Shown: positions 19,159 to 29,100 of the stretch, piece by piece
How positions within the stretch are numbered: position 1 is the first letter of the stretch
Layout of the letters: every line of letters begins with the position of its first letter
Assembly: GCA_964407105.1 (NCBI GenBank)
Contig: CAYOUG010000003.1
Location: forward strand, 8,393 to 72,392
Reading direction: 5' to 3'
Source: an uncultured Candidatus Saccharibacteria bacterium
Lineage (GTDB): Bacteria; Patescibacteriota; Minisyncoccia; Phycocordibacterales; CALRHW01
Length of the DNA stretch: 64,000 bases
Translations under genes and position numbers: made by a program
Notes under the pieces: generated by a model
Told to the model about the DNA's origin: nothing
Database searches by the model: none
Seen by the model: only the letters and a program-made list of their open reading frames with translations

Positions 19159-19926
19159 ATGTTAATATCATTAAGTATAATATGTAGCATAATACATGTA
19201 AACATGAACGATCATTCACAAACAAAAAAACTTCCCACAAAACCACTTACACTTCATGAGCTTCATCAGTCTACAATCGACCGCGTTTCTCATATTCGCG
19301 AAGAATTTGAAAAAGGTTTTGAATTTCTTACTCACTTTCCAAAATCTGTCACCGTTTTTGGTTCAGCGCGTTTTCAAGATGGTCATCCGTATTACGAAAA
19401 AGCCCATGATATTTGCAATAAAATAGCAAAAGAACTCGGGTATTCTATTCTTTCAGGTGGTGGTCCGGGCATTATGGAAGCAGCAAACAAGGGCGCACAT
19501 GAGGGCGGTGTACCCTCGATAGGAATAACCATTCAACTACCACACGAACAAAGAACAAATCCCTATCTATCAAATCATCTAGATCTTTATTATTTCTTTG
19601 TTCGAAAGGTGTGTTTATCTTTTTCTGCAGAAGCATATCTATTTTTCCCTGGTGGTTTTGGTACACTGGATGAATTTTTTGAAATACTAACACTTGTTCA
19701 AACAAAAAAAATAAATAAAGTTCCGCTCATTTTGGTGGGTATGGAATTTTGGAAATCACTTGAAGATTTTATTGTAAGAAACCTTATTGATCTTGGTACG
19801 ATAGAAAGATCTGATTTAAATTTATACACAATCACCGATGATGAAAATGAAATAATTGAAATCATTCGAAACGCACCTATTCGAAATGGCATAAAACACA
19901 ACCACAATGGAAGCGAATCTGAATAA
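19159..19926 (+). CDS. LOG-family protein (cytokinin riboside 5'-monophosphate phosphoribohydrolase-like, TIGR00730). The start may be MNDHSQ at 19204.
   Basis: LOG motifs are present: VFGSARF...SGGGPGIMEAANKGA...PGGFGTLDEFFE. Confidence 0.85.
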   Translation: MLISLSIICSIIHVNMNDHSQTKKLPTKPLTLHELHQSTIDRVSHIREEFEKGFEFLTHFPKSVTVFGSARFQDGHPYYEKAHDICNKIAKELGYSILSGGGPGIMEAANKGAHEGGVPSIGITIQLPHEQRTNPYLSNHLDLYYFFVRKVCLSFSAEAYLFFPGGFGTLDEFFEILTLVQTKKINKVPLILVGMEFWKSLEDFIVRNLIDLGTIERSDLNLYTITDDENEIIEIIRNAPIRNGIKHNHNGSESE

Positions 19927-20278
19927 TGACACACAAAAAAGTTCAAATAATTTAGTTCACAAAGAATGCTCACCGTGTGAGAAAAAGAGTGGAAAAATGC
20001 TCCCTGATATCGTTCAAAATTTTAAAGAAAAAATTGACGAATGGAGTATTATAGAAGATAAACGTATTGAAAAAACACTAAAATTTGCAGATTTTAAAAG
20101 TGTGCTTGATTTTGTAAATAAAGTTGGAAAAATAGCTGAACAAGAAAAACATCATCCAAATATTTTTATTCATGATTGGAACAAGGTTACTTTTACACTT
20201 TTTACTCACTCTATAAACGGTCTATCTGAAAATGATTTTATATTAGCTTCTAAAATTGACGAAATCTCACGAATATAA
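19907..20278 (+). CDS. Pterin-4a-carbinolamine dehydratase (PCD/DCoH family).
   Basis: The 123-aa ORF has the conserved EQEKHHPNIFIHDWNKVTFTLFTH segment. It overlaps the upstream gene by 20 nt. Confidence 0.8.
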   Translation: MEANLNNDTQKSSNNLVHKECSPCEKKSGKMLPDIVQNFKEKIDEWSIIEDKRIEKTLKFADFKSVLDFVNKVGKIAEQEKHHPNIFIHDWNKVTFTLFTHSINGLSENDFILASKIDEISRI

Positions 20279-20284
20279 AAAGAA

Positions 20285-20322
20285 ACCCGAGGGGTGCTAA
20301 AAGCGCCCCCCGGGTATTGTTT
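20285..20322. terminator. G+C-rich hairpin terminator (ACCCGAGGGGTGC...GCGCCCCCCGGGT) shared by two convergent genes.
   Basis: An imperfect stem of about 11 bp. It is followed by TATTGTTT on the + strand and sits 20 nt beyond the stop of the minus-strand islet ORF. Confidence 0.45.
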
Positions 20323-20340
20323 ACAAAATCACCCACGATC

Positions 20341-20898
20341 TCAAGCCACTGTCACCGCCACCGTCTTTGCACTCGACCGTTTGGTCAAGTTTAAAGAAAT
20401 TGGATCTGGTTGCCACTGATCCGGCAAGTTTCTTGCTTTTCTCGCCAGAGCGTCATCCTTACCAAGAAGGTGTCGAATAACAGCGACCATTGGTGGATCA
20501 CCGGTCTTCCAACTATTAACATCGCCGTTGACAACGATGTCGACGCGCTGATTCTTGTACATCTCCCCAGCTTCGGTTGGTGCACCGTTCGCGCTCTGGC
20601 GAAAAGCGAATCGGCCACACACCGATACCCAAGCTTCTTCCTGAGCAATTCGACGGTCCCGAGGTTTGTCCACCAAACCAAACACCGACGAATTCAGATT
20701 TGCGGGCCTAACCTCCACTCCGTGAAAAACAGTAGGACGAGGCACCTCAACTTCCTCCACTGGGAGTTCGGCGTTCTTTTTGCCAGACTTCTTTCTGTGG
20801 TACTCCGCTCGTGCACGAGCCCCCATTACTGCTCTCTCGTACTCGGTCTGCGCAAACTGTTGTGCAAAAGACAAACCGGATAAATTACGACTGGTCAC
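20341..20898 (-). CDS. Orphan hypothetical protein on a G+C-rich islet, with a GTG start. An alternative ATG start lies at 20826 (MGARARAEY).
   Basis: A 185-aa open frame spans a roughly 0.65-kb block that is far more G+C-rich than its flanks. I see no recognisable domain. A candidate SD (GGTGGTG) lies 6 nt before the GTG. A promoter-like TTGCGT-N17-TACATT lies upstream. Confidence 0.5.
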   Translation of the reverse strand: MTSRNLSGLSFAQQFAQTEYERAVMGARARAEYHRKKSGKKNAELPVEEVEVPRPTVFHGVEVRPANLNSSVFGLVDKPRDRRIAQEEAWVSVCGRFAFRQSANGAPTEAGEMYKNQRVDIVVNGDVNSWKTGDPPMVAVIRHLLGKDDALARKARNLPDQWQPDPISLNLTKRSSAKTVAVTVA

Positions 20899-21113
20899 TA
20901 TACACCACCCCTTGAAAAACCACCCGTTTACTGTCGGGAATCAGTCACCCTCATTGGGTAAAAAGGTGTTTCTACCAAAGAAACCTTCCACAAAAAATGT
21001 ACCATAAAAAAGAGATACACGCAACATTTTTACACAACAACCCACTAATCTTCATTTATTGAATAAAAAATGGTAGTATAAAATCTCCTTGGTCTTTATA
21101 GAGACTGATAAAA

Positions 21114-22637
21114 ATGGCTAAAAAACTACATATTGTACACATTGCATCTGAGGTTGAACCTTTTTCTAAAAGTGGCGGTCTAGCAAATGTTACCAGCTCA
21201 TTACCTCGTGCGCACAGAGAACTTGGGCACAACGTCATTGTTATCACCCCATATTATGAAGAACTCACAAAAAGTGACGGTCACACACTTGAAATAATTG
21301 CTGAAAACGAACAAATAAAAATAAGTGAAGGTAAATTTTTTAATGCTACCTTTTTAAAAAGCACTCTTCCTTATAGTGATGTGGTGGTATATTTTATAGC
21401 AAGCAAAGATTTTTTTGGTCCACGAGAAAAACTCTACGGTGCAACAAATGAAAATGCTCGTTTTTTCTTTTTTGATGTCGCCGCACTTACATTGCTCAAA
21501 AAAATAGAATGGAAACCCGACCTAATACATTGTCACGATTGGCACTCTGGTCTTATTCCTTATTTTTTAAAAAATAGATATAAAAAAGATGAATTTTGGA
21601 AAAATACCGCAACCCTATTTACAATTCATAATCTTGCATTTCAATTAGGTCATGATTGGTGGAATATTAAAGAAGAAGATCGCGATGATGGACGCTCAAA
21701 ACTTCCACATTTTGATGATGTAAACGGAGTTGAAAAAATAAATTTTGCAAAAAGGGCGATTTTGCATGCCGATGCCATAAACGCTGTTTCTGAAACATAC
21801 CGTGAAGAAATCATGACGGCTGATTTTGGACAAGAGTTACACCGTATATTAAAAAATCGAGAAAATATTTTTTTTGGTATCGTCAACGGAATAAACTATG
21901 ACGACTACAATCCCCTTACCGACCCCGGTCTTCAAAAACACTATAGCGACAAATCTGCACATCTCAAAAAAAATAATAAAAAATATCTTCAAAAATATTG
22001 TGAATTAGAACAAAATGACGATGTTCCTCTTTTGTGTATGACTTCACGTATTACCGAACAAAAAGGGTTTAAATTGCTAATTCAAATTTCGCGCACACTT
22101 TTACGTCTTGATATGCAAATAATTATTATGGGTGATGGTGAGTCCGCCCTACAAGAATCTCTTATTAAAATACAGAAGGAATTTCCAAAACGTTTTGTGC
22201 TCATAACACCCATGGACCATAAAATAGAAACTTCTCTTTATGCTGGATCAGATGTTTTTTTATTACCATCACGTTTTGAACCTTGTGGTCTAAATCAAAT
22301 GATAGCTTTGCGTTATGGTTGTATTCCTGTGGTACATCATATCGGCGGACTAGCAGATACAATTGTTGATTTTGATATAAGTACACAAGAAGGAAATGGT
22401 TTTACATTTACTCGTTATGACGCGGATCATTTTTTTGTAGCTATTATTCGTGCTATAGAAATCTATAAACATAAAGAATTATGGCACAACCTTGTGGTGA
22501 AAAGTCTCCAACAAGCAAACTCTTGGATTATTCCAGCAAAAAAATATGTGGATCTTTATAAAAAAACAATGCTTCTTAAAAAACGCTACGACCGTATAAA
22601 CAAAAACGGTAATGGCAACGGTAACAATCATTCATAA
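21114..22637 (+). CDS. glgA: Glycogen/starch synthase (GT5).
   Basis: The N-terminal motif EVEPFSKSGGLANV is present. The length (507 aa) and overall architecture fit GlgA. The protein ends in a low-complexity NGNGNGNN tail. Confidence 0.9.
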   Translation: MAKKLHIVHIASEVEPFSKSGGLANVTSSLPRAHRELGHNVIVITPYYEELTKSDGHTLEIIAENEQIKISEGKFFNATFLKSTLPYSDVVVYFIASKDFFGPREKLYGATNENARFFFFDVAALTLLKKIEWKPDLIHCHDWHSGLIPYFLKNRYKKDEFWKNTATLFTIHNLAFQLGHDWWNIKEEDRDDGRSKLPHFDDVNGVEKINFAKRAILHADAINAVSETYREEIMTADFGQELHRILKNRENIFFGIVNGINYDDYNPLTDPGLQKHYSDKSAHLKKNNKKYLQKYCELEQNDDVPLLCMTSRITEQKGFKLLIQISRTLLRLDMQIIIMGDGESALQESLIKIQKEFPKRFVLITPMDHKIETSLYAGSDVFLLPSRFEPCGLNQMIALRYGCIPVVHHIGGLADTIVDFDISTQEGNGFTFTRYDADHFFVAIIRAIEIYKHKELWHNLVVKSLQQANSWIIPAKKYVDLYKKTMLLKKRYDRINKNGNGNGNNHS

Positions 22638-22644
22638 AACTTTT

Positions 22645-23817
22645 ATGCTTAAATGGATTAATGTTCTTCATATATATCAACCCCCAACTCAAACAAAAGA
22701 TATAATAGATACTGTGGTACATCAAAGTTATTCACGTATTATTTCTCTTCTCGAAACATATCCCAAACTTAAACTTACACTAAATATTCCCGGATCACTT
22801 TTAGAACTTCTTGATCGCAACGGGCACAAAAAAATAATTGATGATATCGGCCGATTTGCAAAAGATGGTCGCATAGAGCTGTTGGGCACAGCAATGTATC
22901 ATCCCATTTTACCACTCATTCCTCCACAAGAAGTAGTGAGACAAATTGAACTTCACACAAATACCAGTAAAAAATATTTTTCTGACGTATACAATCCGCG
23001 AGGTTTTTATCTTCCCGAGATGGCTTATAGCAACGAAGTTGGTTTAATAATAAAAAAAGCTGGTTTTGATTGGGTATTACTTGATGAAATTCATGCTAAT
23101 GGAGAAAAAATTGATACTCTTACAAAAAATATAAGCGAAGAAACTGGTCTAATAGCAGTATTTAGAAATAGAGCCATGTCACAAACATTTCCTCCGGAAC
23201 AAATTTTTATAGTGTGGGACAACATTAAAAATAACACCCTAATTACTGTCCATGATGGTGAAATGTATGGCCATAGACACGAAGATGATCATGGTTTTTA
23301 TAAAAAAGCTTTTGAAAATCCAGAAATTCAGATGCAAACCGTATCAGAATATCTTTCAACACTCACAAACACACAAAAAATATCTTTGATAAACGCAAGC
23401 TGGGAAAGTACAACAGAAGAACTTTTACAAAACATACCTTTTGCGGTGTGGGATTCACCAGATAATAAAATTCACAAACAATTGTGGCATCTAGCAAACA
23501 CAGTGCTACAACTAGTTCCAAAACATTCTAAAGATCCACATTTCAAAGAGGCACAAACAAATTTAGACAAAGGTATCGCCAGCTGTTATTGGTGGTGGGC
23601 CAGCGAACGTAAACTCGGCGTTTTTTCTCCTACATCTTGGAATCCTAGTGAAATAGAAAAGGGTGCAACATTTCTTCTTGATGCTAGTAGAGCACTTTCC
23701 AAACTACCAAAAGAAAAACACGAAGAAATAGAAAAAATTTTTTCAGAACTTCGTGATGCGGTATGGAAAAGACATTGGGAAATAATGGGCAGTGATAACA
23801 CCCAACATTTAAATTAA
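22645..23817 (+). CDS. Glycoside hydrolase family 57 protein (alpha-glucan branching or amylase-like). The six-frame ORF starts at 22612.
   Basis: GH57-type N-terminus INVLHIYQPP plus the conserved ...GTAMYHPILPL segment. Confidence 0.65.
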   Translation: MLKWINVLHIYQPPTQTKDIIDTVVHQSYSRIISLLETYPKLKLTLNIPGSLLELLDRNGHKKIIDDIGRFAKDGRIELLGTAMYHPILPLIPPQEVVRQIELHTNTSKKYFSDVYNPRGFYLPEMAYSNEVGLIIKKAGFDWVLLDEIHANGEKIDTLTKNISEETGLIAVFRNRAMSQTFPPEQIFIVWDNIKNNTLITVHDGEMYGHRHEDDHGFYKKAFENPEIQMQTVSEYLSTLTNTQKISLINASWESTTEELLQNIPFAVWDSPDNKIHKQLWHLANTVLQLVPKHSKDPHFKEAQTNLDKGIASCYWWWASERKLGVFSPTSWNPSEIEKGATFLLDASRALSKLPKEKHEEIEKIFSELRDAVWKRHWEIMGSDNTQHLN

Positions 23818-23822
23818 ATTAT

Positions 23823-24893
23823 ATGCGCATTGCTCAAGTCGTTTCTCTCTGTGAAAGTATTCCTCCACATTCTCGTAACGGACTTGAATTTGTGGTGTCT
23901 TGGCTTACCGAAGAACTTGTAAAAAGAGGTCATGAAGTAACACTTTTCACCACAGCAGATTCTAAAACTTCTGCGCGCAAAGTATCTTTACTACCAAAAA
24001 GTATTAATGATTTTCACCAAATCCATTGGGAACAACCATTTTTTAGCATATGGAATACAATAATCGCCGGCACGAAAGCACACGATTTTGATATTATTCA
24101 CTGCCACAACGACAACGGCTCACTTATTGCGCCGTTTGTTGATATTCCAATTATTGAAACAATACATCATCCATACAATGATGATTTACGTTTAAAATAT
24201 TTAACCAATAGCGAATATCGCAAGTGTATTAAACCAATTATGGAAGAATATAAAAAAGTACACTATGTAACCGTGAGCGAAAAACAAAGAAAATTTTTCA
24301 AAATATGTGAACCGTATTATTTTAAAAAACACAGCACAATACACAACGGCATTCCTGTAAAAAAGTTTTCATTTAATCCAAAACCAAAAGATTACTTGCT
24401 TTTTATTGGTTATATAAATGAAGAAAAGGGTGCGGATATTGCTATACAAGTAGCGCGTAAAGCTGGTAAAAAATTAATCATCGCTGGACACAACAGAGGA
24501 ACAGAACTTTTTTTTAAAGAAAAAATTAAGCCGTTTTTAAACGATGATATAAAATATATTGGCCCTGTAGATTTTGCACAAAAAAATGAACTTTACAGAA
24601 ATGCACTCGCCACCCTTGCGCCACTGCGTTGGCACGAACCCTTTGGACTTACACTAATAGAATCGCAAGCTTGTGGAACACCGGTTATTGCCTTTGATCG
24701 TGGGGCTACACGCGAAGTTATTAATCACAAAAAAACTGGTTTTATTGTGAAAAATGAGAAAGAGATGGTCGCCGCTATCAAACTTATTCACAAAATAAAC
24801 AGAAAAGATTGTAGAGATTGGGTTGAAAAAAATTTTAGTGTAGAAAAAATGACAGATGAATACGAAAAACTTTATAGTACAATAAAGAGGTAA
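23823..24893 (+). CDS. Glycosyltransferase family 4 (GT-B, retaining), likely an alpha-glucan or trehalose-type synthase.
   Basis: The C-terminal GT4 signature EPFGLTLIESQACGTPVIAFDRGATREVI (E-x7-E) is present. Confidence 0.8.
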   Translation: MRIAQVVSLCESIPPHSRNGLEFVVSWLTEELVKRGHEVTLFTTADSKTSARKVSLLPKSINDFHQIHWEQPFFSIWNTIIAGTKAHDFDIIHCHNDNGSLIAPFVDIPIIETIHHPYNDDLRLKYLTNSEYRKCIKPIMEEYKKVHYVTVSEKQRKFFKICEPYYFKKHSTIHNGIPVKKFSFNPKPKDYLLFIGYINEEKGADIAIQVARKAGKKLIIAGHNRGTELFFKEKIKPFLNDDIKYIGPVDFAQKNELYRNALATLAPLRWHEPFGLTLIESQACGTPVIAFDRGATREVINHKKTGFIVKNEKEMVAAIKLIHKINRKDCRDWVEKNFSVEKMTDEYEKLYSTIKR

Positions 24894-26527
24894 TGTTTTT
24901 ATCTTTATTTAAAAAACAATCCAACACCTCCGATATACCATCTTCTGCGTGGTATCGCAATGCAGTGGTATATCAAATATATCCAAGAAGTTTTCAAGAC
25001 TCAAACGGCGACGGTGTGGGTGATCTGCGCGGTATTATAAAACGTCTTCCCTATCTTGAATCTTTGGGTATTGGCGCTGTGTGGATTTCACCTATTTACA
25101 CATCACCGATGAAAGATTTCGGTTATGATATTTCTAACTTTTATAATATCGATCCACTTTTTGGAACACTTGCAGATTTTGATGAACTTGTTGTAGAAAT
25201 GCACAAACGTGGCATAAAAATAATTATGGATTTAGTGATCAATCACACCTCCTCAGAACATCCATGGTTTAAAGAGTCGTGTTCGTCTCTAGAAAACCCA
25301 AAACGTGATTGGTATATATGGCAAGATCCACAAAAAGACGGATCACCACCAAATAATTGGTTAAGTGTTTCTGGCGGCTCGGCATGGACATTTGATGAAA
25401 AAACCAATCAATACTATCTTCATCACTTTCTAAAAGAACAACCCGATCTAAACTGGCGCAACACAGATGTAAAAGATGAAATAAGACGTATTGCTGAGTT
25501 TTGGATTGCACGCGGTGTAGATGGTTTTCGTGTTGATGCAATGAGTCATCTTGTGGAAGATGGACTTTTTAGAGATGATCCAAAAAATACTGAATTTATT
25601 TTAAATAAAAATAATCAGTACAACAAATACATACACACGTTTAGCACCAATCGTCCCCAACTTGAAAATGTGATTAAATTTCTCTGTGAAAGTATAAATT
25701 CATATCCAAACAAATTTATAGTTTTTGAAACATATCTTCCTCTTACTGATACTCTTGCCATATACAACATGCATCCAGATGAGCATCACGCTCCGTTTAA
25801 TTTTAATTTTTTCAATCTTGAGTGGGGTGCAAAAACCTATAAAGATTTTGTTGATAATTTTAATAATGCCCTATCCTTAAAACAAATACCGACTTATGTT
25901 TTTGGCAATCACGATCAACCACGACTTGTTTCTAGGTTTGGTGAGGGACAAGCCAGACTATGCGCAATGCTTTTACTTACATTACGCGGTTTACCATTTA
26001 TATATTATGGTGAAGAAATCGGTATGAAAAATGTAGATATTCCAAAAGAAAAAATAAAAGATGGGTTTGCACACGATTCTGTGAATATTGGTTTGAGTCG
26101 TGATCCAGCACGTACACCAATGCAGTGGGATAATTCGTCTTACGCTGGTTTTTCTACAAACGAACCGTGGCTTCCTATATCACCTGAATACGAAAAAATA
26201 AATGTGTCAGCAGAAACATCCGACCCAAAATCTATATTTAATTTATATTGCTCACTTATCGGTTATCGAAATAAATCAGATATTTTAAAACATGGATCTT
26301 ATAAATCAATAAATACTAATAATAACGATGTTTTTGGTTATATCCGCTCATACAAGAAAAAAGAAATCCTTATATTGCTTAATTTTTCAAATACTTCACA
26401 AATAATTTCTATAAAAGAAAGTGGTATTGTGATATTTTCAACACACCTCGACACACCACCAAACACACCAGTCGCCAACACAATAGAGATGCGACCGTTT
26501 GAGGGTTATGTTATTGAATTACAGTAA
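24893..26527 (+). CDS. GH13 alpha-amylase-family enzyme, resembling oligo-1,6-glucosidase or trehalose synthase.
   Basis: GH13 regions are present: YQIYPRSFQDSNGDGVGDLRG, DLVINHTS, GVDGFRVDA, YYGEEIGM, FGNHDQPR. Its ATG overlaps the upstream stop (TAATG). Confidence 0.9.
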   Translation: MFLSLFKKQSNTSDIPSSAWYRNAVVYQIYPRSFQDSNGDGVGDLRGIIKRLPYLESLGIGAVWISPIYTSPMKDFGYDISNFYNIDPLFGTLADFDELVVEMHKRGIKIIMDLVINHTSSEHPWFKESCSSLENPKRDWYIWQDPQKDGSPPNNWLSVSGGSAWTFDEKTNQYYLHHFLKEQPDLNWRNTDVKDEIRRIAEFWIARGVDGFRVDAMSHLVEDGLFRDDPKNTEFILNKNNQYNKYIHTFSTNRPQLENVIKFLCESINSYPNKFIVFETYLPLTDTLAIYNMHPDEHHAPFNFNFFNLEWGAKTYKDFVDNFNNALSLKQIPTYVFGNHDQPRLVSRFGEGQARLCAMLLLTLRGLPFIYYGEEIGMKNVDIPKEKIKDGFAHDSVNIGLSRDPARTPMQWDNSSYAGFSTNEPWLPISPEYEKINVSAETSDPKSIFNLYCSLIGYRNKSDILKHGSYKSINTNNNDVFGYIRSYKKKEILILLNFSNTSQIISIKESGIVIFSTHLDTPPNTPVANTIEMRPFEGYVIELQ

Positions 26528-26533
26528 ATAATT

Positions 26534-26983
26534 ATGAAAAACATAGATTATATTGATCGCGCCATTATTCATTTCGCAAAAATCGTTCAGCCAACATTTG
26601 GTAGGATCGCACTTTTTATTGTGTTTTTTTGGTTTGGTTTCTTGAAAATCATAGGAATGAGTCCTGCAAGCGGACTTGTAAAACAACTCTTTGAACAAAC
26701 CGTGCCGTTTATGACCTTTGACACTTTTATTGTTTTATTTGGTGTCTTTGAGTGTGTTATTGGTATTTTATTTCTCATACCAAAGACGACACGGTTGGTA
26801 ATTTTATTTTTATGTATACACATGATCACCACACTTGGTCCTCTTGTTTTACTGCCGCAAGAAACATGGCAATCTTTTTTAGTACCAACACTCGAAGGTC
26901 AATATATTATTAAAAATTTGGTAATTATCGCTTTGGCACTTGGCATTACTGCACACCTAGCACCAATGAGACATCGAAAATAA
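26534..26983 (+). CDS. Small polytopic membrane protein, function unknown.
   Basis: A 149-aa ORF with four hydrophobic segments, followed by a strong terminator. Confidence 0.5.
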   Translation: MKNIDYIDRAIIHFAKIVQPTFGRIALFIVFFWFGFLKIIGMSPASGLVKQLFEQTVPFMTFDTFIVLFGVFECVIGILFLIPKTTRLVILFLCIHMITTLGPLVLLPQETWQSFLVPTLEGQYIIKNLVIIALALGITAHLAPMRHRK

Positions 26984-26995
26984 TTATAAACAAAA

Positions 26996-27040
26996 ACAGC
27001 TCTCGAGCAGTTTAGCAAGAGAGCTGTTTTTTATTTTTTA
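26996..27040. terminator. Bidirectional intrinsic terminator (ACAGCTCTC...GAGAGCTGT followed by TTTTTTATTTTTT).
   Basis: A perfect 9-bp stem with a 14-nt loop, between convergent genes 26534..26983 (+) and rplU (-). Confidence 0.6.
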
Positions 27041-27355
27041 TTTAATAGACTCAATCTTTATCTTAAAGAAAGGTTGTCGGTGCCCGTTTTTCTTGAAATA
27101 TCGGCTTTTCTGTTTGTATTTAATCACATTAATTTTTGGAGCGCGACCAGCATTTTCAAAACTAGCAACAACCTTTGCTCCATCAATAAAAGGAGTTCCA
27201 ATGGTTGTGTCTTTGCCGTTATCTACAAGCAAAACCTTATCAAAAGTGATTTTGTCACCAGTTTTAAAATCGCCAGGAAGCTTCTCAATATTGAGAGTAT
27301 CCCCCGCTTTTACTTGATATTGCTTTCCACCTGTTTGTATAACCGCAAATTCCAT
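27038..27355 (-). CDS. rplU: 50S ribosomal protein L21.
   Basis: MEFAVIQTGGKQYQVKAGDTLNIEKL... is a typical L21 sequence, at 105 aa. Confidence 0.9.
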   Translation of the reverse strand: MEFAVIQTGGKQYQVKAGDTLNIEKLPGDFKTGDKITFDKVLLVDNGKDTTIGTPFIDGAKVVASFENAGRAPKINVIKYKQKSRYFKKNGHRQPFFKIKIESIK

Positions 27356-27401
27356 AATTGATATATTCTACATAAACCCCTCAAAAATGCAAGAAACGCC
27401 T

Positions 27402-28472
27402 CTATTCATTTCCCTCTGGTTTTTCTATGAGTTCCATCTCCACCCCCACCGCCTGCCCTGTAATACGAAGCACATCTTTGTCTAGTTTTTTAAATTCTTT
27501 AGAGCTTGAATTGAAATGATTTACAACGGTACCAATCGCATTCCCCATTTTTCCATGATAATCCTCATAACTTTTTAAATGCTTACCAAGCTCATCTACA
27601 CGCTTTATGATGTCTTTTGCGGTTTCTTCTATTTGCATAGCTTTTAGTCCTTGAAGTACCGTTTGTAAATATGCCAAAAATGACGTGGGAGATACAATAA
27701 TAACTTTGTATTTTCCAGCCGCACGTTGAATGAGATTTTCAGTATCATCTGTCACTGCGCCAATTTTGTTGATAAGTAAATCATAATATATTGCTTCATG
27801 CGGAATAAACATAAAAGCAAAATCCATAGTATTTTCGTTTGGACGAATATATTTAGCTGTTTCTTGAATACGAAGTTTTAAATCATTAACAAACACTTTT
27901 TCGAGTCGATCGCGTTCGGCTGGATTTTTTTCATCAATAATTCTGTTGTAGTTTTCAAGTGAAAACTTTGAATCTACAGGAATTATTTTATCTTTCACAA
28001 ACACAGCACAATCTACAATATCACCATCAGCAAAAGCATATTGCATTTGATACGAACCCGGCGGAAGTACATTTTTAAGAAGTGTTTCAAGATAATATTC
28101 TCCCAAAATACCGCGTTGTTTTGGATTTTTTAAAATATCTTGCAAAGATTGAAGCTGATCAGTAAAAGACATCACTTGTTTATTTTGCTCCTCAAGCCGC
28201 ACAAGTTTTTCTGTAAGATCACGGTGAATTTTAAAAGACTCGCCCGCCTGATACTTCATCGAATCAAACATGTTTTTTGATGTCTCACCCATTTTTGAAT
28301 CAACGGTGCGCGTAAGCTCATTCATTTGTTGAAGGAGAAGATTAAAACCAGTATCGTTTTTTTGTTCAGATTCACCCACCGGCATCTTAAGCCGTTTAAA
28401 CATAAGCCAAAAAAAGATACTGTTTCCCACAACAAGCACTGCGATAATAATAATTAAAAACTGTATAGACAT
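27402..28472 (-). CDS. rmuC: DNA recombination protein RmuC.
   Basis: An N-terminal transmembrane segment, a long coiled coil and the C-terminal RmuC core (...DFAFMFIPHEAIYYDLL...). Confidence 0.75.
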   Translation of the reverse strand: MSIQFLIIIIAVLVVGNSIFFWLMFKRLKMPVGESEQKNDTGFNLLLQQMNELTRTVDSKMGETSKNMFDSMKYQAGESFKIHRDLTEKLVRLEEQNKQVMSFTDQLQSLQDILKNPKQRGILGEYYLETLLKNVLPPGSYQMQYAFADGDIVDCAVFVKDKIIPVDSKFSLENYNRIIDEKNPAERDRLEKVFVNDLKLRIQETAKYIRPNENTMDFAFMFIPHEAIYYDLLINKIGAVTDDTENLIQRAAGKYKVIIVSPTSFLAYLQTVLQGLKAMQIEETAKDIIKRVDELGKHLKSYEDYHGKMGNAIGTVVNHFNSSSKEFKKLDKDVLRITGQAVGVEMELIEKPEGNE

Positions 28473-28523
28473 AGAAAAAGTATACCAAATTGCTATACTG
28501 TTCGTATACCTAACAAAATCAAT

Positions 28524-28979
28524 ATGACATTACATCAAACAATCAAAGAAGGCATCAAAGAGGCAATGAAATCAAAAGATGCTATTCGCCTTAGTGTGCT
28601 TCGTGGTCTACTTTCAGCATTCACAAACGAACTTGTGGCAAAAGGTCAAAAACCGCAAGAAGAGCTCGGTGATGAAGGCGCCATTGCAGTAATAAAACGT
28701 GCGATCAAACAACGAAAAGATTCTATCGAACAATTTACTGCTGGAGGAAGAAAGGATTTGGCGGACTCAGAAGAAAGTGAACTTGTTATTTTACAAACAT
28801 TTGTGCCAGTCACAATGAGCAAAGAAGAAATTCTAAAAATAGCCATAGCAAAAAAAGAAGAAATGGGTTTCACTGACAAATCTAAGCTTGGTGTGTTTGT
28901 GGGAGTTGTTATGAAAGAACTAAAAGGAAAAGCTGATGGTGCTGATGTAAAAGAGGTGGTGGATGGTTTGTTTGTATAA
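28524..28979 (+). CDS. GatB/YqeY domain protein.
   Basis: The 151-aa ORF has the YqeY-type N-terminus (IKEAMKSKDAIRLSVLRGLLSAF). Confidence 0.8.
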   Translation: MTLHQTIKEGIKEAMKSKDAIRLSVLRGLLSAFTNELVAKGQKPQEELGDEGAIAVIKRAIKQRKDSIEQFTAGGRKDLADSEESELVILQTFVPVTMSKEEILKIAIAKKEEMGFTDKSKLGVFVGVVMKELKGKADGADVKEVVDGLFV

Positions 28980-29100
28980 AAAATGTACTAAAAATATTTT
29001 TGCTTTTTCTACTGCTTTGTGGTCAAATGGAAGCAAATAGTTCTTCGTGTATCTTGTGATCCACGAACATCTCCACCAACGCCCACAAAAGGAGGACAGT

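Noticed and set aside
22597-22637. Asn-Gly repeat (NGNGNGNN) at the glgA C-terminus as a possible repeat element
   Set aside because: It is a simple in-frame low-complexity tail of about eight codons, not a genomic repeat.
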